A stretch of DNA of 64,000 nucleotides from Candidatus Latescibacterota bacterium (GTDB lineage: Bacteria; Latescibacterota; UBA2968; UBA8231). Under the pieces are notes generated by a model. That model worked only from the letters and a program-made list of their open reading frames with translations, did not search any database and was not told where the DNA came from. The stretch lies in NCBI GenBank assembly GCA_965217585.1, contig OZ244561.1:6912001-6976000 (forward strand), read 5' to 3'. Of this stretch, positions 39,401-49,330 are shown piece after piece (position 1 is the stretch's first letter; every line of letters begins with the position of its first letter). Made by a program: the position numbers and the translations under genes.

Positions 39401-40732
39401 TCAAAACGACTCCGCGATCGACTTTACCGAACCGTAGGCCCCCCACAGTCCCAAGGCGAACAACGCGCCCATGAGGACGTTCTCCCACAGGCGATTCTTG
39501 TACTCTGCGCCGATGTAATCCGCCTTGGCGGTAATCCACCACAAGCCGCCCACGAGCAGGGGGATCAATACCACTGAGGCACTAGCGGCGAATACGGTCA
39601 TGACGACAAAGCCCGGCATGCCAGGCGCAGTCCAGACGACTGGAGAAATCAGGCACCAGACTACGACCCACCGGTAGCTCGGATGCGCTTGGTACGCCTG
39701 CAACTGGACTTCTGGGCCGGCCCGCCAGCGCTGGTACCCGTGGGAGCACAGGGCCCCAAAACCAAGGGCTTGACCCACCAAGCCCGTGTAGAGGACGGCA
39801 AAGAGTCCCAGATAGAACAATAAACGGCCGCCCTCTCCGAGGATCGTGCTCAGCAGTCGGGGCAGATCGTCCATCTCGGCGATAGTCATACCGCGCGGGT
39901 GGAGCACTTCGGCACCGAGGGTCCAGATCGCTAGGTCGAGGACGATTAGGACGACGATCCCCAGCAGGAGATCGTAGAACTGTACGCGGCGGAACGCGGG
40001 CCCGATCCAGCCCTTTTGTTCCAAGAAGTAGGGGTAAACCAGATTGGCCAGCGATCCGCCGATGGTCCCGATCAGCCCAATGGCCACTAGGAGCGAGCCA
40101 AAGGGTCCCACCTGTCCGGGCAGGTCGAAAGCAAAGACGCCCTGCAGGATCTTGGTCGGGGAGGGTCCGACCCACAGGGCCGCGCCCAAGAAGGAGACCG
40201 AGAGCAAGCCTAGCAGGACCTTGAAAAGCAACTCGAGTCGGCCGTACTCCGGGCGGAAGACAATGACCAGCGTCACCAAATTCCAGAACAGACCCCACAG
40301 CCAGACGTACCCGATGCCCGTCACATTGACCGAGATTTCGCCGATCCCCACAATGAGGTACGCGCCCTGGATGTGTCCTATGACGAAGCCCATCAGCGCT
40401 AGGAAGGGAGGATACCAAGGATGCAGACGGCCCAGCCCATCCAAGACTCCCTCTCCCCGCTGGTTGCACAACTGGTATTTGGCGATCAGGGATACGAACA
40501 GGAAGCGCACCACCAGCGCCAGCGCCAGCACCCACATCAGCGCGTACCCGTAGTTGCCACCAGCCACGGCCGACTCGACCACGTCGCCGGCGCCCATCCA
40601 GGTCATTGCGATGACTATGCCCGGCCCAAAAGAGCGCAGGTACTGAAAAAAAGTCCGGGGCACCTGTGGAGCCGGTGCGCCAGTGGTTTCTGCAGAAGGA
40701 GATTTGTCCATCGGATTCCCCTTGGACTCCAT
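39401..40732 (-). CDS. Nramp-superfamily (MntH/YcsG-like) divalent metal transporter
   Basis: GPG...A.W.GAGD....AGGNYGYALMW; about 11 TMs. Confidence 0.78.
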   Translation of the reverse strand: MESKGNPMDKSPSAETTGAPAPQVPRTFFQYLRSFGPGIVIAMTWMGAGDVVESAVAGGNYGYALMWVLALALVVRFLFVSLIAKYQLCNQRGEGVLDGLGRLHPWYPPFLALMGFVIGHIQGAYLIVGIGEISVNVTGIGYVWLWGLFWNLVTLVIVFRPEYGRLELLFKVLLGLLSVSFLGAALWVGPSPTKILQGVFAFDLPGQVGPFGSLLVAIGLIGTIGGSLANLVYPYFLEQKGWIGPAFRRVQFYDLLLGIVVLIVLDLAIWTLGAEVLHPRGMTIAEMDDLPRLLSTILGEGGRLLFYLGLFAVLYTGLVGQALGFGALCSHGYQRWRAGPEVQLQAYQAHPSYRWVVVWCLISPVVWTAPGMPGFVVMTVFAASASVVLIPLLVGGLWWITAKADYIGAEYKNRLWENVLMGALFALGLWGAYGSVKSIAESF

Positions 40733-40797
40733 GAGGAGATTCGCTCTGTGACCCGCAAGGGAGCGAGAAGCGGTATGTCCTCCCCTATAGGCTAGGG

Positions 40798-41670
40798 CTA
40801 CTCTTGGCGCACCAACCGGGCTCCGGTGCCGGCATTGCGGCTGGTCGGGTCACCTCCCGAGCGATTCGCCGACCGCAGAACGTGGCCGTAATTGCCAAAG
40901 GCCCCGCCGCGACCGACGCGTAAAAAACCCTTTGCCGGCCCCTTGGGATCGACCTCGGGAACGTTGCTGTAGGGCTCGTTCGAATACCAGTCCTGGACCC
41001 ATTCCCACACATTCCCGTGCATGTCGTGCAGGCCCCATGGATTGGGAAGCTTGGCACCTACAGCATGACCGTAGCGCTCGCCCACCTCCCAAGTATTGTC
41101 CGCGTACCAAGCGTACTTTTTCAAGGCGTTATCGTCCTCCCCAAAGGACCACGGCGTCGCTGTGCCAGCGCGGCAGGCGTACTCCCACTCCGCGGCCGTG
41201 GGGAGGCGGTACACTGCCGCTCCGGCCATCCGGTTGAGACGACGCGTGAATTCCCGCACATCTTCCCACGAGATGTACACGGCCGGATGGTGCGGATTAT
41301 CCTCGACATGGCTCTTTCCCGCCCACGGTCGCGAGTGCATGACGCTGGCCCACTGAGCCTGCGTGATTTCGTATTTCCCTAGGTAAAAGCCCCGGCTGAT
41401 GGTAACCCGGTGCTGCGGTCCTTCGTTTTGATCTCGTCCGGGTTCGTCGGCGGGCGAGCCCATGAGGAAACTACTCCGGCCAATCCACACCATATCCATG
41501 GTCGCACCACCGGGTAGTTCCACGGCGATGGCCTGGCCCGTGGGCCTCCTCACCTCTTTGAGGTATCCGATCACTCTGGGCGAAAAAAAATATAACGCTC
41601 CGGCCAGTGCGCCCAAAATCGACAGGACCAAGAGGCCAATCACTCTTCTTGACAGGCGAAAAGCAAGCAT
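40798..41670 (-). CDS. Formylglycine-generating-enzyme (SUMF1/FGE-sulfatase) domain protein, N-terminally anchored
   Basis: FLMGS, GKYEITQAQW, RLPTAAEWEYACRAG, PNPWGLHDMHGNVWEW, RGG. Confidence 0.9.
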   Translation of the reverse strand: MLAFRLSRRVIGLLVLSILGALAGALYFFSPRVIGYLKEVRRPTGQAIAVELPGGATMDMVWIGRSSFLMGSPADEPGRDQNEGPQHRVTISRGFYLGKYEITQAQWASVMHSRPWAGKSHVEDNPHHPAVYISWEDVREFTRRLNRMAGAAVYRLPTAAEWEYACRAGTATPWSFGEDDNALKKYAWYADNTWEVGERYGHAVGAKLPNPWGLHDMHGNVWEWVQDWYSNEPYSNVPEVDPKGPAKGFLRVGRGGAFGNYGHVLRSANRSGGDPTSRNAGTGARLVRQE

Positions 41671-41684
41671 TTATATCTTCAGAA

Positions 41685-43901
41685 ATGAATGTCCACCTAG
41701 TGAAAGTACGCCTCTGCACGGTCGCCGCTTCTACAGTCCTAGCGGCCTGCAATATCTCGTCCCCCCCACCGCAGCAAGGGCCCGGCACCAAGCGCATGGC
41801 CGCCCGCCTCGAAGAAATCGCCCGCAAGCTCAATCCCGCTACAAACACCTACATCAATGATGCAAGAGTCGAGTACTTGCGCCAACTCGACCTGCCCGCC
41901 GATCCGGTCGACAGACTGCGCCTACAGGTGCATCTGGCGCGCGAATTCCTGCGCGCCGGCCACAGCCAAGAGGCCATCGACCGCTTTTTGAGCCTAAAAC
42001 AACAACTCGGTGCGACTAAGACCAAACCCAGCGTACACAAACTCCTCGCCCTATCCTATCTCCGTTTAGGTGAACAAGAGAACTGCCTCCAACAGCACAC
42101 CAGCGAATCGTGTCTCTTTCCCATCAGCCAAGCCGGGGTACACGACAATCAGCGGGGGGCGCGGGCCGCGCTTGGAGAATTCACCGCCATCCTACGGGAC
42201 GATCCCGGCGAAATGACGGGCCGCTGGCTCCTCAATATCGCGTACATGGTCCTCGGTGAATATCCCGACTCCGTGCCGCCGCAATGGCTCATTCCGCCAA
42301 CGGCCTTTGTCTCCGATGGCGACATCGGGCGCTTTGGCGATGTCGCCCCGCAGCTAGGAATGGACGTGGTGTCTCTGGCGGGAGGCAGCATCGCCGAGGA
42401 CTTTGACCGCGACGGCGATCTGGATATCATGGCCTCATCCTGGGGTCTCCGCGATCAGCTCCGCTACTTTCGCAACCGGGGCGACGGCACCTTTGACGAT
42501 GTCACCGCAGAGGCCGGCTTGAACGGTGTAGTCGGCGGGCTGCAAATCGTCCACGCCGACTATGACAACAACGGCTTTGCCGATGTGCTCGTCCTGCGCG
42601 GGGCTTGGTGGGAAGAAGACGGCCGGCACCCCAATTCGCTGCTGCACAACTACGGCGACAGCTTTTTTGACGATGTCACCGAAGAGGCCGGCTTGCTCGC
42701 CTTTTATCCCACCCAGACGGCTGCCTGGGGCGACTACGACAACGACGGCTGGGTCGATCTCTTCATTGGCAACGAATCTTTCCGCCATAACATCCACCCC
42801 TGCCAGCTCTTTCACAACCAGGGCGACGGCACGTTTACCGATGTGGCGCAAGAAGCAGGCGTTGCGGTCTCGGGCTACGTCAAGGGCGTTGTCTGGGGCG
42901 ACTACGACAACGACGGCCGGCTCGATCTGTACATTTCGCGGCTCACCGCTCCCAATCTTCTCTTCAGGAACGAGGGCGAAAATACATCCGGCCAGTGGAC
43001 CTTTGCCGACGCCACCGCCCAGGCCGGAGTAGCCGAACCCGTCTGGAGCTTTCCGGCTTGGTTCTGGGACTACAACAACGATGGCTGGCTCGACCTATTC
43101 GTCTCCGGGTATCACGCCAATGCCGGTGATCTAGCGGCCGAATACCTCGGTCTGCCTCACGATGCCGAGTTCCCCCGCCTGTACCGCAACCAAGGCGACG
43201 GCACGTTCGCCGATGTGACCCTCCAAGTCGGGCTCGACAAGGTACTCTACACTATGGGGTGCAATTTCGGCGATCTCGACAACGACGGCTGGCCCGACTT
43301 TTACGCGGGTACGGGTTCGCCTTCGTTCCGCTCGGTCATGCCCAATCGCATGTTCCGCAACGCCGGGGGCCAATTATTCCAGGACGTCACCACCTCGGGC
43401 GGGTTTGGGCATCTGCAGAAAGGCCACGGCGTGTCCTTTGGCGATCTCGACAACGACGGCGACCAAGACATCTACGCGGTCATAGGGGGCTCCTATACTG
43501 GGGATCTGTCCCACAATGTCCTCTTTGAGAATCCCGGACACGGCAACCACTGGCTCACCCTCCAGTTGCAAGGGGTGCGTTCCAACCGCGCCGCTATTGG
43601 GGCCCGCATCCGAGTCGGGGTGCACACCAAAAGCGGCCGTCGCGACATCTATGCCACGGTGACGGCCGGGGCCAGTTTTGGCGGTTCGAGCCTACAGCAG
43701 GAAATTGGTCTGGGCCAGGCGACGGCCATCGAGTCAGTCGCAGTCTCCTGGCCGGCTTCTGCTGAGACGCAACTTTTCACCAACTTGGCCATAGATCGGG
43801 TCTATAAAATCCGCGAAGGAGATCCGGTTCCAACGCCCGTCGAACTGCAAGCCTTTGACTTGTCGCCCCCTGGCCGAACCGGGCGCGATCACCATCCTTA
43901 A
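41685..43901 (+). CDS. CRTAC1/ASPIC-UnbV family FG-GAP lipoprotein with N-terminal helical/TPR-like region
   Basis: LAAC lipobox; DYDNDG repeats; GHLQKGHG; SNRAAIGARI; QEIGLG. Confidence 0.88.
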   Translation: MNVHLVKVRLCTVAASTVLAACNISSPPPQQGPGTKRMAARLEEIARKLNPATNTYINDARVEYLRQLDLPADPVDRLRLQVHLAREFLRAGHSQEAIDRFLSLKQQLGATKTKPSVHKLLALSYLRLGEQENCLQQHTSESCLFPISQAGVHDNQRGARAALGEFTAILRDDPGEMTGRWLLNIAYMVLGEYPDSVPPQWLIPPTAFVSDGDIGRFGDVAPQLGMDVVSLAGGSIAEDFDRDGDLDIMASSWGLRDQLRYFRNRGDGTFDDVTAEAGLNGVVGGLQIVHADYDNNGFADVLVLRGAWWEEDGRHPNSLLHNYGDSFFDDVTEEAGLLAFYPTQTAAWGDYDNDGWVDLFIGNESFRHNIHPCQLFHNQGDGTFTDVAQEAGVAVSGYVKGVVWGDYDNDGRLDLYISRLTAPNLLFRNEGENTSGQWTFADATAQAGVAEPVWSFPAWFWDYNNDGWLDLFVSGYHANAGDLAAEYLGLPHDAEFPRLYRNQGDGTFADVTLQVGLDKVLYTMGCNFGDLDNDGWPDFYAGTGSPSFRSVMPNRMFRNAGGQLFQDVTTSGGFGHLQKGHGVSFGDLDNDGDQDIYAVIGGSYTGDLSHNVLFENPGHGNHWLTLQLQGVRSNRAAIGARIRVGVHTKSGRRDIYATVTAGASFGGSSLQQEIGLGQATAIESVAVSWPASAETQLFTNLAIDRVYKIREGDPVPTPVELQAFDLSPPGRTGRDHHP

Positions 43902-43921
43902 AGAGGAGGACAGATATTCTC

Positions 43922-45001
43922 ATGCGCATCACCCGTGTCGAAACCCTAGTCGTGAGGCTACCCGTGGACCCGGCGGGAAAAGGAGGAATCGGGGAGTGGC
44001 CCATCGTCCTCATCCACACCGATCAGGGTCTGCAGGGCCTTGGCCGCGGCGGCGATCCACGGGTGATCGCCCGCGATCTGGGGCCCCTGCTCATAGGGCG
44101 AGATCCGCTCAGTATTGCCCAGCTCTGGGAACAGATGTACGAAGCCGTGTGGCGTGGACCGGGCCGGTCGGCGATGTCCTCCATCGGGGCCCTAGACGTG
44201 GCCTTGTGGGATTTGTGCGGCAAGATCTGCGGACAGCCAGTGTGGCGGCTCTTGGGCGGGTACCGGGACAAGATTCCGGTGTACGCGGACGGAGCCGGGT
44301 ATCGAAATGCGCCGGATCAGTCCCCACAGGGCATAGCAACACAGGTCAAAAAATTCGTCGCCCTGGGCTATGACGCCGTCAAAATCCACATGTACCAGGC
44401 TGCCAATCCCGCGGAAGTAGTAGCGCGAGTGCAGCGTTCACGCGAGTTGATTGGTCCGCGCAAGAAACTGATGATCGACGTGCACCACGCCTGGGACGGA
44501 GACGAGGCCGTGGCGACCGCCCGTCAGCTCGAAGACTACCAACTCTACTGGATTGAGGAACCAGTGCGCCAAGACGATGAGCTGTACTATATGCGCAAAG
44601 TCCAGGAGGTCACCACGGCCTTGGTGGTCGGCGGCGAGGGCGAGGGCACCCTCCACGGTATCAGGCGCTTGCTCGAAGAAGAAGCCCTCGAGGTGGTGCA
44701 GACCGATATCCTGGCCGGCGGCGGCTATACCGGGCTCAAGCGGATCGCCGCTCTGGCCCAGGCTTTTGATGTCCCCATATCCCCGCACGGGGCGCAGTAC
44801 CCGGACATCAACTGCCACCTGATGGCGGCCGTGCCCAACAGTTTGATCATGTCCGCCTGTCCCGAAAGCGAGAGCTACCAGATCTGGTCCCGTATGTACA
44901 ATCCCCCGCTCAAAGTCGAGAACGGGCACATCGCCATGCGCGAACAGCCCGGCCTGGGCTTGGAACTAGATTGGGAGTTTGTCGAGCGTCACCGGGTCTG
45001 A
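43922..45001 (+). CDS. Mandelate racemase/muconate lactonizing enzyme family enolase
   Basis: LDVALWDLCGK..GQPVWRLLGG, LMID, WIEEP, GGE, PGLGLELD. Confidence 0.92.
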   Translation: MRITRVETLVVRLPVDPAGKGGIGEWPIVLIHTDQGLQGLGRGGDPRVIARDLGPLLIGRDPLSIAQLWEQMYEAVWRGPGRSAMSSIGALDVALWDLCGKICGQPVWRLLGGYRDKIPVYADGAGYRNAPDQSPQGIATQVKKFVALGYDAVKIHMYQAANPAEVVARVQRSRELIGPRKKLMIDVHHAWDGDEAVATARQLEDYQLYWIEEPVRQDDELYYMRKVQEVTTALVVGGEGEGTLHGIRRLLEEEALEVVQTDILAGGGYTGLKRIAALAQAFDVPISPHGAQYPDINCHLMAAVPNSLIMSACPESESYQIWSRMYNPPLKVENGHIAMREQPGLGLELDWEFVERHRV

Positions 45002-45098
45002 TCGCCGTCCGGTCCCAAAACGGCCTTCACCAGCTCCAGTTCCCCCCCGCCAGTCCTATTGGACGCTCCGGCGTTCATCGCGCTTGGCCCCGGCGCTT

Positions 45099-46247
45099 TC
45101 ACGAGTCTTTTTCCCTTGGGACTTGGGAGGTCATCACCGATGTGAGGAATTGGTTGTAGCGCTTGGTGCCGAAAACCTCCTTCCTGTTGCGCCAGCGGAA
45201 GGGCAGGGGTACGATCTTGAGGCTGCGGTCCTCAAGGGGCAGCTTTACGGGTGCGTGGCTCTGCCGGTGTGAATCCCGCAGGGCAATGGAAATCTCTAAA
45301 GCCCGGGCCATGTCCGCGCCACTGCATCGAGGTTCCACTCCCTTCTCCAGACAGTCGATTAGGGCCTGAGTGCTGGCGATTTGCCGATTCCCCGGGTACT
45401 GCCACCCCTCCTCGTCGTAGGGCATGTCGTTGAGGCCGGAGTCGGCAAAAGCCCCCTCGATTTTCTCCAGATCCGCCCATAGCGGCGATTCCGGATTCCC
45501 CTTCAATTTCCACAGGTGGAAACTGTGGTAGTCGCTGAAGAACAGGACGCGGCTGGTCAAAATCTCAATGCCCCGCCTGCAGGTGGGGCGAATGTGTGCG
45601 AAACACTCGATACCGCTGGCAAAGCGGATATGCCCTCCCATGGCTTGGTCTTCGTCGCTAAAGGGATCTTCCTTGACCCAGCCGACCACCCAATCGACCT
45701 CGGCGTCGCCGGCGAACAGGCTGGCGACACACAGATCCTGGCAGTTGGCACCCCAGATCTCGCCCCTAGTATCCGCGGCCGTAGGCATGTAGATATTGAT
45801 ACTCTGCACCGAGCCCCACTCGCCGGATTCGATTTTTGCCCGGGCCTCCCAGAACTGTGGGAGGTTGCGCATGGCGTCAGCAGCGGCCCACGGAATGCCC
45901 CGCGAGCGCGTCTCTTCCACCATGCGGTCGGCCTCTTCCAAGCTAGCGCAGATGGGTTTCTCGCAGTAGATGGCCCTGACTCCCGCCCGCGCTGCAGCCA
46001 CCACTGCGTCCGGGTTGGGTCGTGCGGGCAGGATGGGCGCGGCAATGTCGATCTGTTCTCTGGCAAGCATCTCGTCGTACCTGCTGTAGCCCCTATCGAT
46101 TTTGAAGCGCCGGCAAAAAAGCTCCAGATTTTCGGGATCTGGATCGGCCACAGCCACGATCTCGGTCCGGGGATTGAGGGCGTAGGCGCGCGCGTGTTGG
46201 GTGCCTTTTATGCCCGTGCCGATCATGCCTACTTTGTACTTGGTCAT
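45099..46247 (-). CDS. Gfo/Idh/MocA family oxidoreductase
   Basis: VGMIGTG, IYCEKP; paralog of 47951-49102. Confidence 0.88.
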   Translation of the reverse strand: MTKYKVGMIGTGIKGTQHARAYALNPRTEIVAVADPDPENLELFCRRFKIDRGYSRYDEMLAREQIDIAAPILPARPNPDAVVAAARAGVRAIYCEKPICASLEEADRMVEETRSRGIPWAAADAMRNLPQFWEARAKIESGEWGSVQSINIYMPTAADTRGEIWGANCQDLCVASLFAGDAEVDWVVGWVKEDPFSDEDQAMGGHIRFASGIECFAHIRPTCRRGIEILTSRVLFFSDYHSFHLWKLKGNPESPLWADLEKIEGAFADSGLNDMPYDEEGWQYPGNRQIASTQALIDCLEKGVEPRCSGADMARALEISIALRDSHRQSHAPVKLPLEDRSLKIVPLPFRWRNRKEVFGTKRYNQFLTSVMTSQVPREKDS

Positions 46248-46358
46248 GCTCGCATGCTCCTCGTAACAACTGCCGATACAAACGCCATCATTCCGCCGTT
46301 ACGGGGTCGGCGGATCGCCTGCTTGTACTCACTTTTTTCAGCAGATAACTGGTATCAA

Positions 46359-47900
46359 TCAAGCCAGTCCCGTCGGATAGGGACCGTACTCCACGGTGAT
46401 TTCCATCTCTTGGACGATCACTCCGCCGCTCAGTTCGTCGGGCCTTTTTTCTAAGACGATCTCCAGCAGGTTCTGGCCTTTGATGGGACGGACCTTTTCC
46501 AGGTGGAATTCCAAGGTATAGGCGCTCGCCGGCCCTATACCGCGGCTGAAGTCGCGCAGGCATACTTCGCCTGCTAGCGCGTCTCCGTTGAGAAAAATCC
46601 CGAGCTGATCGCCACTGACCAAGTTAGAGAAGCTGATCCACAGCCGCACCCGGCGGATGCGCTCGGCCGCACCGGCTATATCGTCCGCTATGTAGAAGGG
46701 AATGGCATGGCGTCTTTCAGGGTCTGCAGCCTCAATCTCAAGCGGCAGGTTGGCATCGTAGCCCAGCTCGGTGGCCGCCTGATTGCGGATGCGCAGGACA
46801 TAGCGTTTATCGCCTTCCTCGATGAGATCTGGATCCCCCAATTCGGTCAGCATCCGGCGCTCGGTGTCTTCGAGGGGCCAGTGCATGAACCAGGTGTAGA
46901 GGCCGTCCACCCCCCTGGCCCAGAAGTTGGCTGCTGTTGCCCGCAAAATTTCGGGGTCGGCGTACCAGCGCTGAGACGAGCCGGTGTACTCGTCCCGCAC
47001 ATAAGGTTGGAGCATACCGTACACCGACGCATCCGCCTCGTGGGCCGCCTGCACGATCCAGTCGATTGGCATGTCCGGATCCAGCACCATCACCGGGTAG
47101 AAGAGCGGCACGACAAAGTCCACCAGCCCCTGTTGCAGCCAAGTGCGCACGTCCAGCCCGGCCCGGAGGCACATCTCCTCGGTGGGCAGGATGCGCACCC
47201 CGACGGGTATGGAGCCGCCCGGCCGCTGCCGCACCATGCGGGAGATTTCGGCCACGTATCTGGTCATGGTCGAAACGTGCTTTGCCGCTTCGTCGGGATT
47301 GAAGTAGAAACAGGTAAAGGCAAAGTCGAGTTCGATCCCGTCCACCTCGTATCGGGTAGCCAGCTCCTCGAGCACAGCAAACTGGTGATCGCGCACTTCC
47401 TCGTGGGCGAAATCGGCCCGCAGGGTGCTGGCCAGCAACGCCCGTTTGTCCTGGTTCCACGAAGCGGGGGGCTGCGTCTGGTAGGCCTGGTCCATGCCCC
47501 CGTAGCCCGACATGCGCAGACTGGCGAAAAAATCCAGCCTCTTGTCGTGGGCTCGGTCGATGAGAACTTGCAGCGGATCGAGGCCGCGCTGGATTAGGCT
47601 CTGCATACTCTGCCAAGCACGCCATTCGTAAGCCATGTGAAAGGGGCGCTTATCCGCCCCGAACATCAGGCCGACCCTAGAGGGGTAGAACAGCCCATCC
47701 CCGCGCTCGACTCCGTAGCTGAAGGTGTCGATGGAGGTCCCCGCGATTTCGTCGATGGGACGCCAGGCGTCTCTCAGGTGTATGGGCGGCTCAAAGACCC
47801 ACAGGTAGTAGTGCCGTGCGTCGTTGTAGTAGATGGTCCGTCGTCGTCTCAAACTGCGTCCTGTTTGATCGTCTTTGCACGGCAATGTAAGTTTTCTCAT
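46359..47900 (-). CDS. Glycoside hydrolase-like (GHL10/DUF187-type TIM barrel) protein
   Basis: YNDA, DPL..LIDRAH...FFASLRM, DFAHEEVRD, YEVDGIELDF, GVDGLY. Confidence 0.72.
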   Translation of the reverse strand: MRKLTLPCKDDQTGRSLRRRRTIYYNDARHYYLWVFEPPIHLRDAWRPIDEIAGTSIDTFSYGVERGDGLFYPSRVGLMFGADKRPFHMAYEWRAWQSMQSLIQRGLDPLQVLIDRAHDKRLDFFASLRMSGYGGMDQAYQTQPPASWNQDKRALLASTLRADFAHEEVRDHQFAVLEELATRYEVDGIELDFAFTCFYFNPDEAAKHVSTMTRYVAEISRMVRQRPGGSIPVGVRILPTEEMCLRAGLDVRTWLQQGLVDFVVPLFYPVMVLDPDMPIDWIVQAAHEADASVYGMLQPYVRDEYTGSSQRWYADPEILRATAANFWARGVDGLYTWFMHWPLEDTERRMLTELGDPDLIEEGDKRYVLRIRNQAATELGYDANLPLEIEAADPERRHAIPFYIADDIAGAAERIRRVRLWISFSNLVSGDQLGIFLNGDALAGEVCLRDFSRGIGPASAYTLEFHLEKVRPIKGQNLLEIVLEKRPDELSGGVIVQEMEITVEYGPYPTGLA

Positions 47901-47950
47901 AGCTTAATTTGGGCCACCGGTCCGAGCAAGCCAGCGGAGGTTATAACTTT

Positions 47951-49102
47951 ATGAGTAAATCCAAGGAAGCCAAGTACCGGGTGGGGGTCATAGGGTGCGG
48001 CAGAAAAGGCACGGAGTACGCGCGGGCTTACCACCTCCATCCCCTGACTGAAGTCGTGGCGGCGGCCGATTCGGACCCCGAAAATCTGGAGCTTTTTTGC
48101 CGGCGCTTCAACCTAGAAAAAGGCTATAATAACTACCGAGAAATACTCCGGCGGGAAAAGATCGATATCGCCTCGGTGATCCTCCCAGTCAAACCCAACC
48201 CCGAGGTGGTTTTGGACTGTGCTCAAGCAGGAGTGCGGGCCATAGGTTGCGAAAAACCCATCGCAGCCAGTCTGGCAGAGGCCGACCGCATGGTGGAGGT
48301 CTGCCGCGACCGGGGCGTCAAGTTCGCCTGCGGCGACCTAGAGCGCAACTTTCCGCAGTACTGGAAGGCCAAGGAGATCATCGACTCAGGCGAACTAGGG
48401 GCGGTGCAGGGCATCACCGTCACCCAGGGGAGCGGCACCCAGATGTCGGGCGGGGGTTGCCAGATTTTCAGCCTGATCCGGCTCTTCGCCAGCGATGCGG
48501 AGGTGGCTTGGGGGACGGGCTGGGTCGCCAGCGATCCCATGAGCGACTACGACCAGGGGGTGGCCGGCTATATCCGCTTTGCCAACGGGATCGAGGCCTT
48601 CATACACCGCCAAAACAATGCCAAACACGGTTTCGAGGTGCTGTGTAGTCGGGGAGTGTTCTTCAGCGACGGGGCCTTTCCGCACATGTGGAAGACCAAA
48701 GAGGGTGTGGAAAGGCCGATGTGGTCCAACCTCGAAAAGATGGAGGGACTCTTCTCCGCGACCCAAGCCCTGCACGAGGGGTTTGGAAAAATGGATGAGG
48801 AGGGCTGGGAGTACGGAGGGCCCCGGCAACACGCCACAATCCAGTCCATGGTGGATGCGCTCGAGATGGATATCGAGCCCAGAAGCAACGGCGACAACGG
48901 CCGCAAGGTGCTGGAGATGGCCATTGCCCTGCGCGAGTCACACCGCCGCGGCCATGCGCCGGTGCAGTTGCCGCTCGTGGACCGCAGCTCGAGGATTATT
49001 CCCCTACCAGGGCGCTGGCTCAACAAGAAAGAGGTGTACGGCCGGGAGTGGTACGCAAAGCAGATCGGTCGCTACAACAAACAGAAGCTCGGGAAGCCTT
49101 GA
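47951..49102 (+). CDS. Gfo/Idh/MocA family oxidoreductase
   Basis: VGVIGCG, CEKP, EMAIALRESH; GGAGG RBS before ATG 47951. Confidence 0.9.
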   Translation: MSKSKEAKYRVGVIGCGRKGTEYARAYHLHPLTEVVAAADSDPENLELFCRRFNLEKGYNNYREILRREKIDIASVILPVKPNPEVVLDCAQAGVRAIGCEKPIAASLAEADRMVEVCRDRGVKFACGDLERNFPQYWKAKEIIDSGELGAVQGITVTQGSGTQMSGGGCQIFSLIRLFASDAEVAWGTGWVASDPMSDYDQGVAGYIRFANGIEAFIHRQNNAKHGFEVLCSRGVFFSDGAFPHMWKTKEGVERPMWSNLEKMEGLFSATQALHEGFGKMDEEGWEYGGPRQHATIQSMVDALEMDIEPRSNGDNGRKVLEMAIALRESHRRGHAPVQLPLVDRSSRIIPLPGRWLNKKEVYGREWYAKQIGRYNKQKLGKP

Positions 49103-49330
49103 TTGGCGATCTGTCTGAATTGTGATCAGGCCTCAATTGAATAGCATGTCCGAGAGATACGAGCACCACATACAGATCTCCTTGAGAAAGGATTGCATTT
49201 TTTGTATTTATTTTAAATGCTGATCTCGGTCTCCAACGGGTCTATCGCGCAGACATACGCAGTACAATCCCCTTCTGGCCGCCACCAATTTCTCCAAGTA
49301 CTGAGGATTGCGAGATCGACAAAGGGGCTT

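Noticed and set aside
40798-40930. FGE/C-type-lectin C-terminus as a diversity-generating retroelement target
   Set aside because: No reverse transcriptase and no template-repeat copy of this region seen in the window.
37564-43901. Enediyne biosynthetic cluster suggested by UnbV-like genes
   Set aside because: No PKS, thioesterase or other warhead-cassette genes are present.
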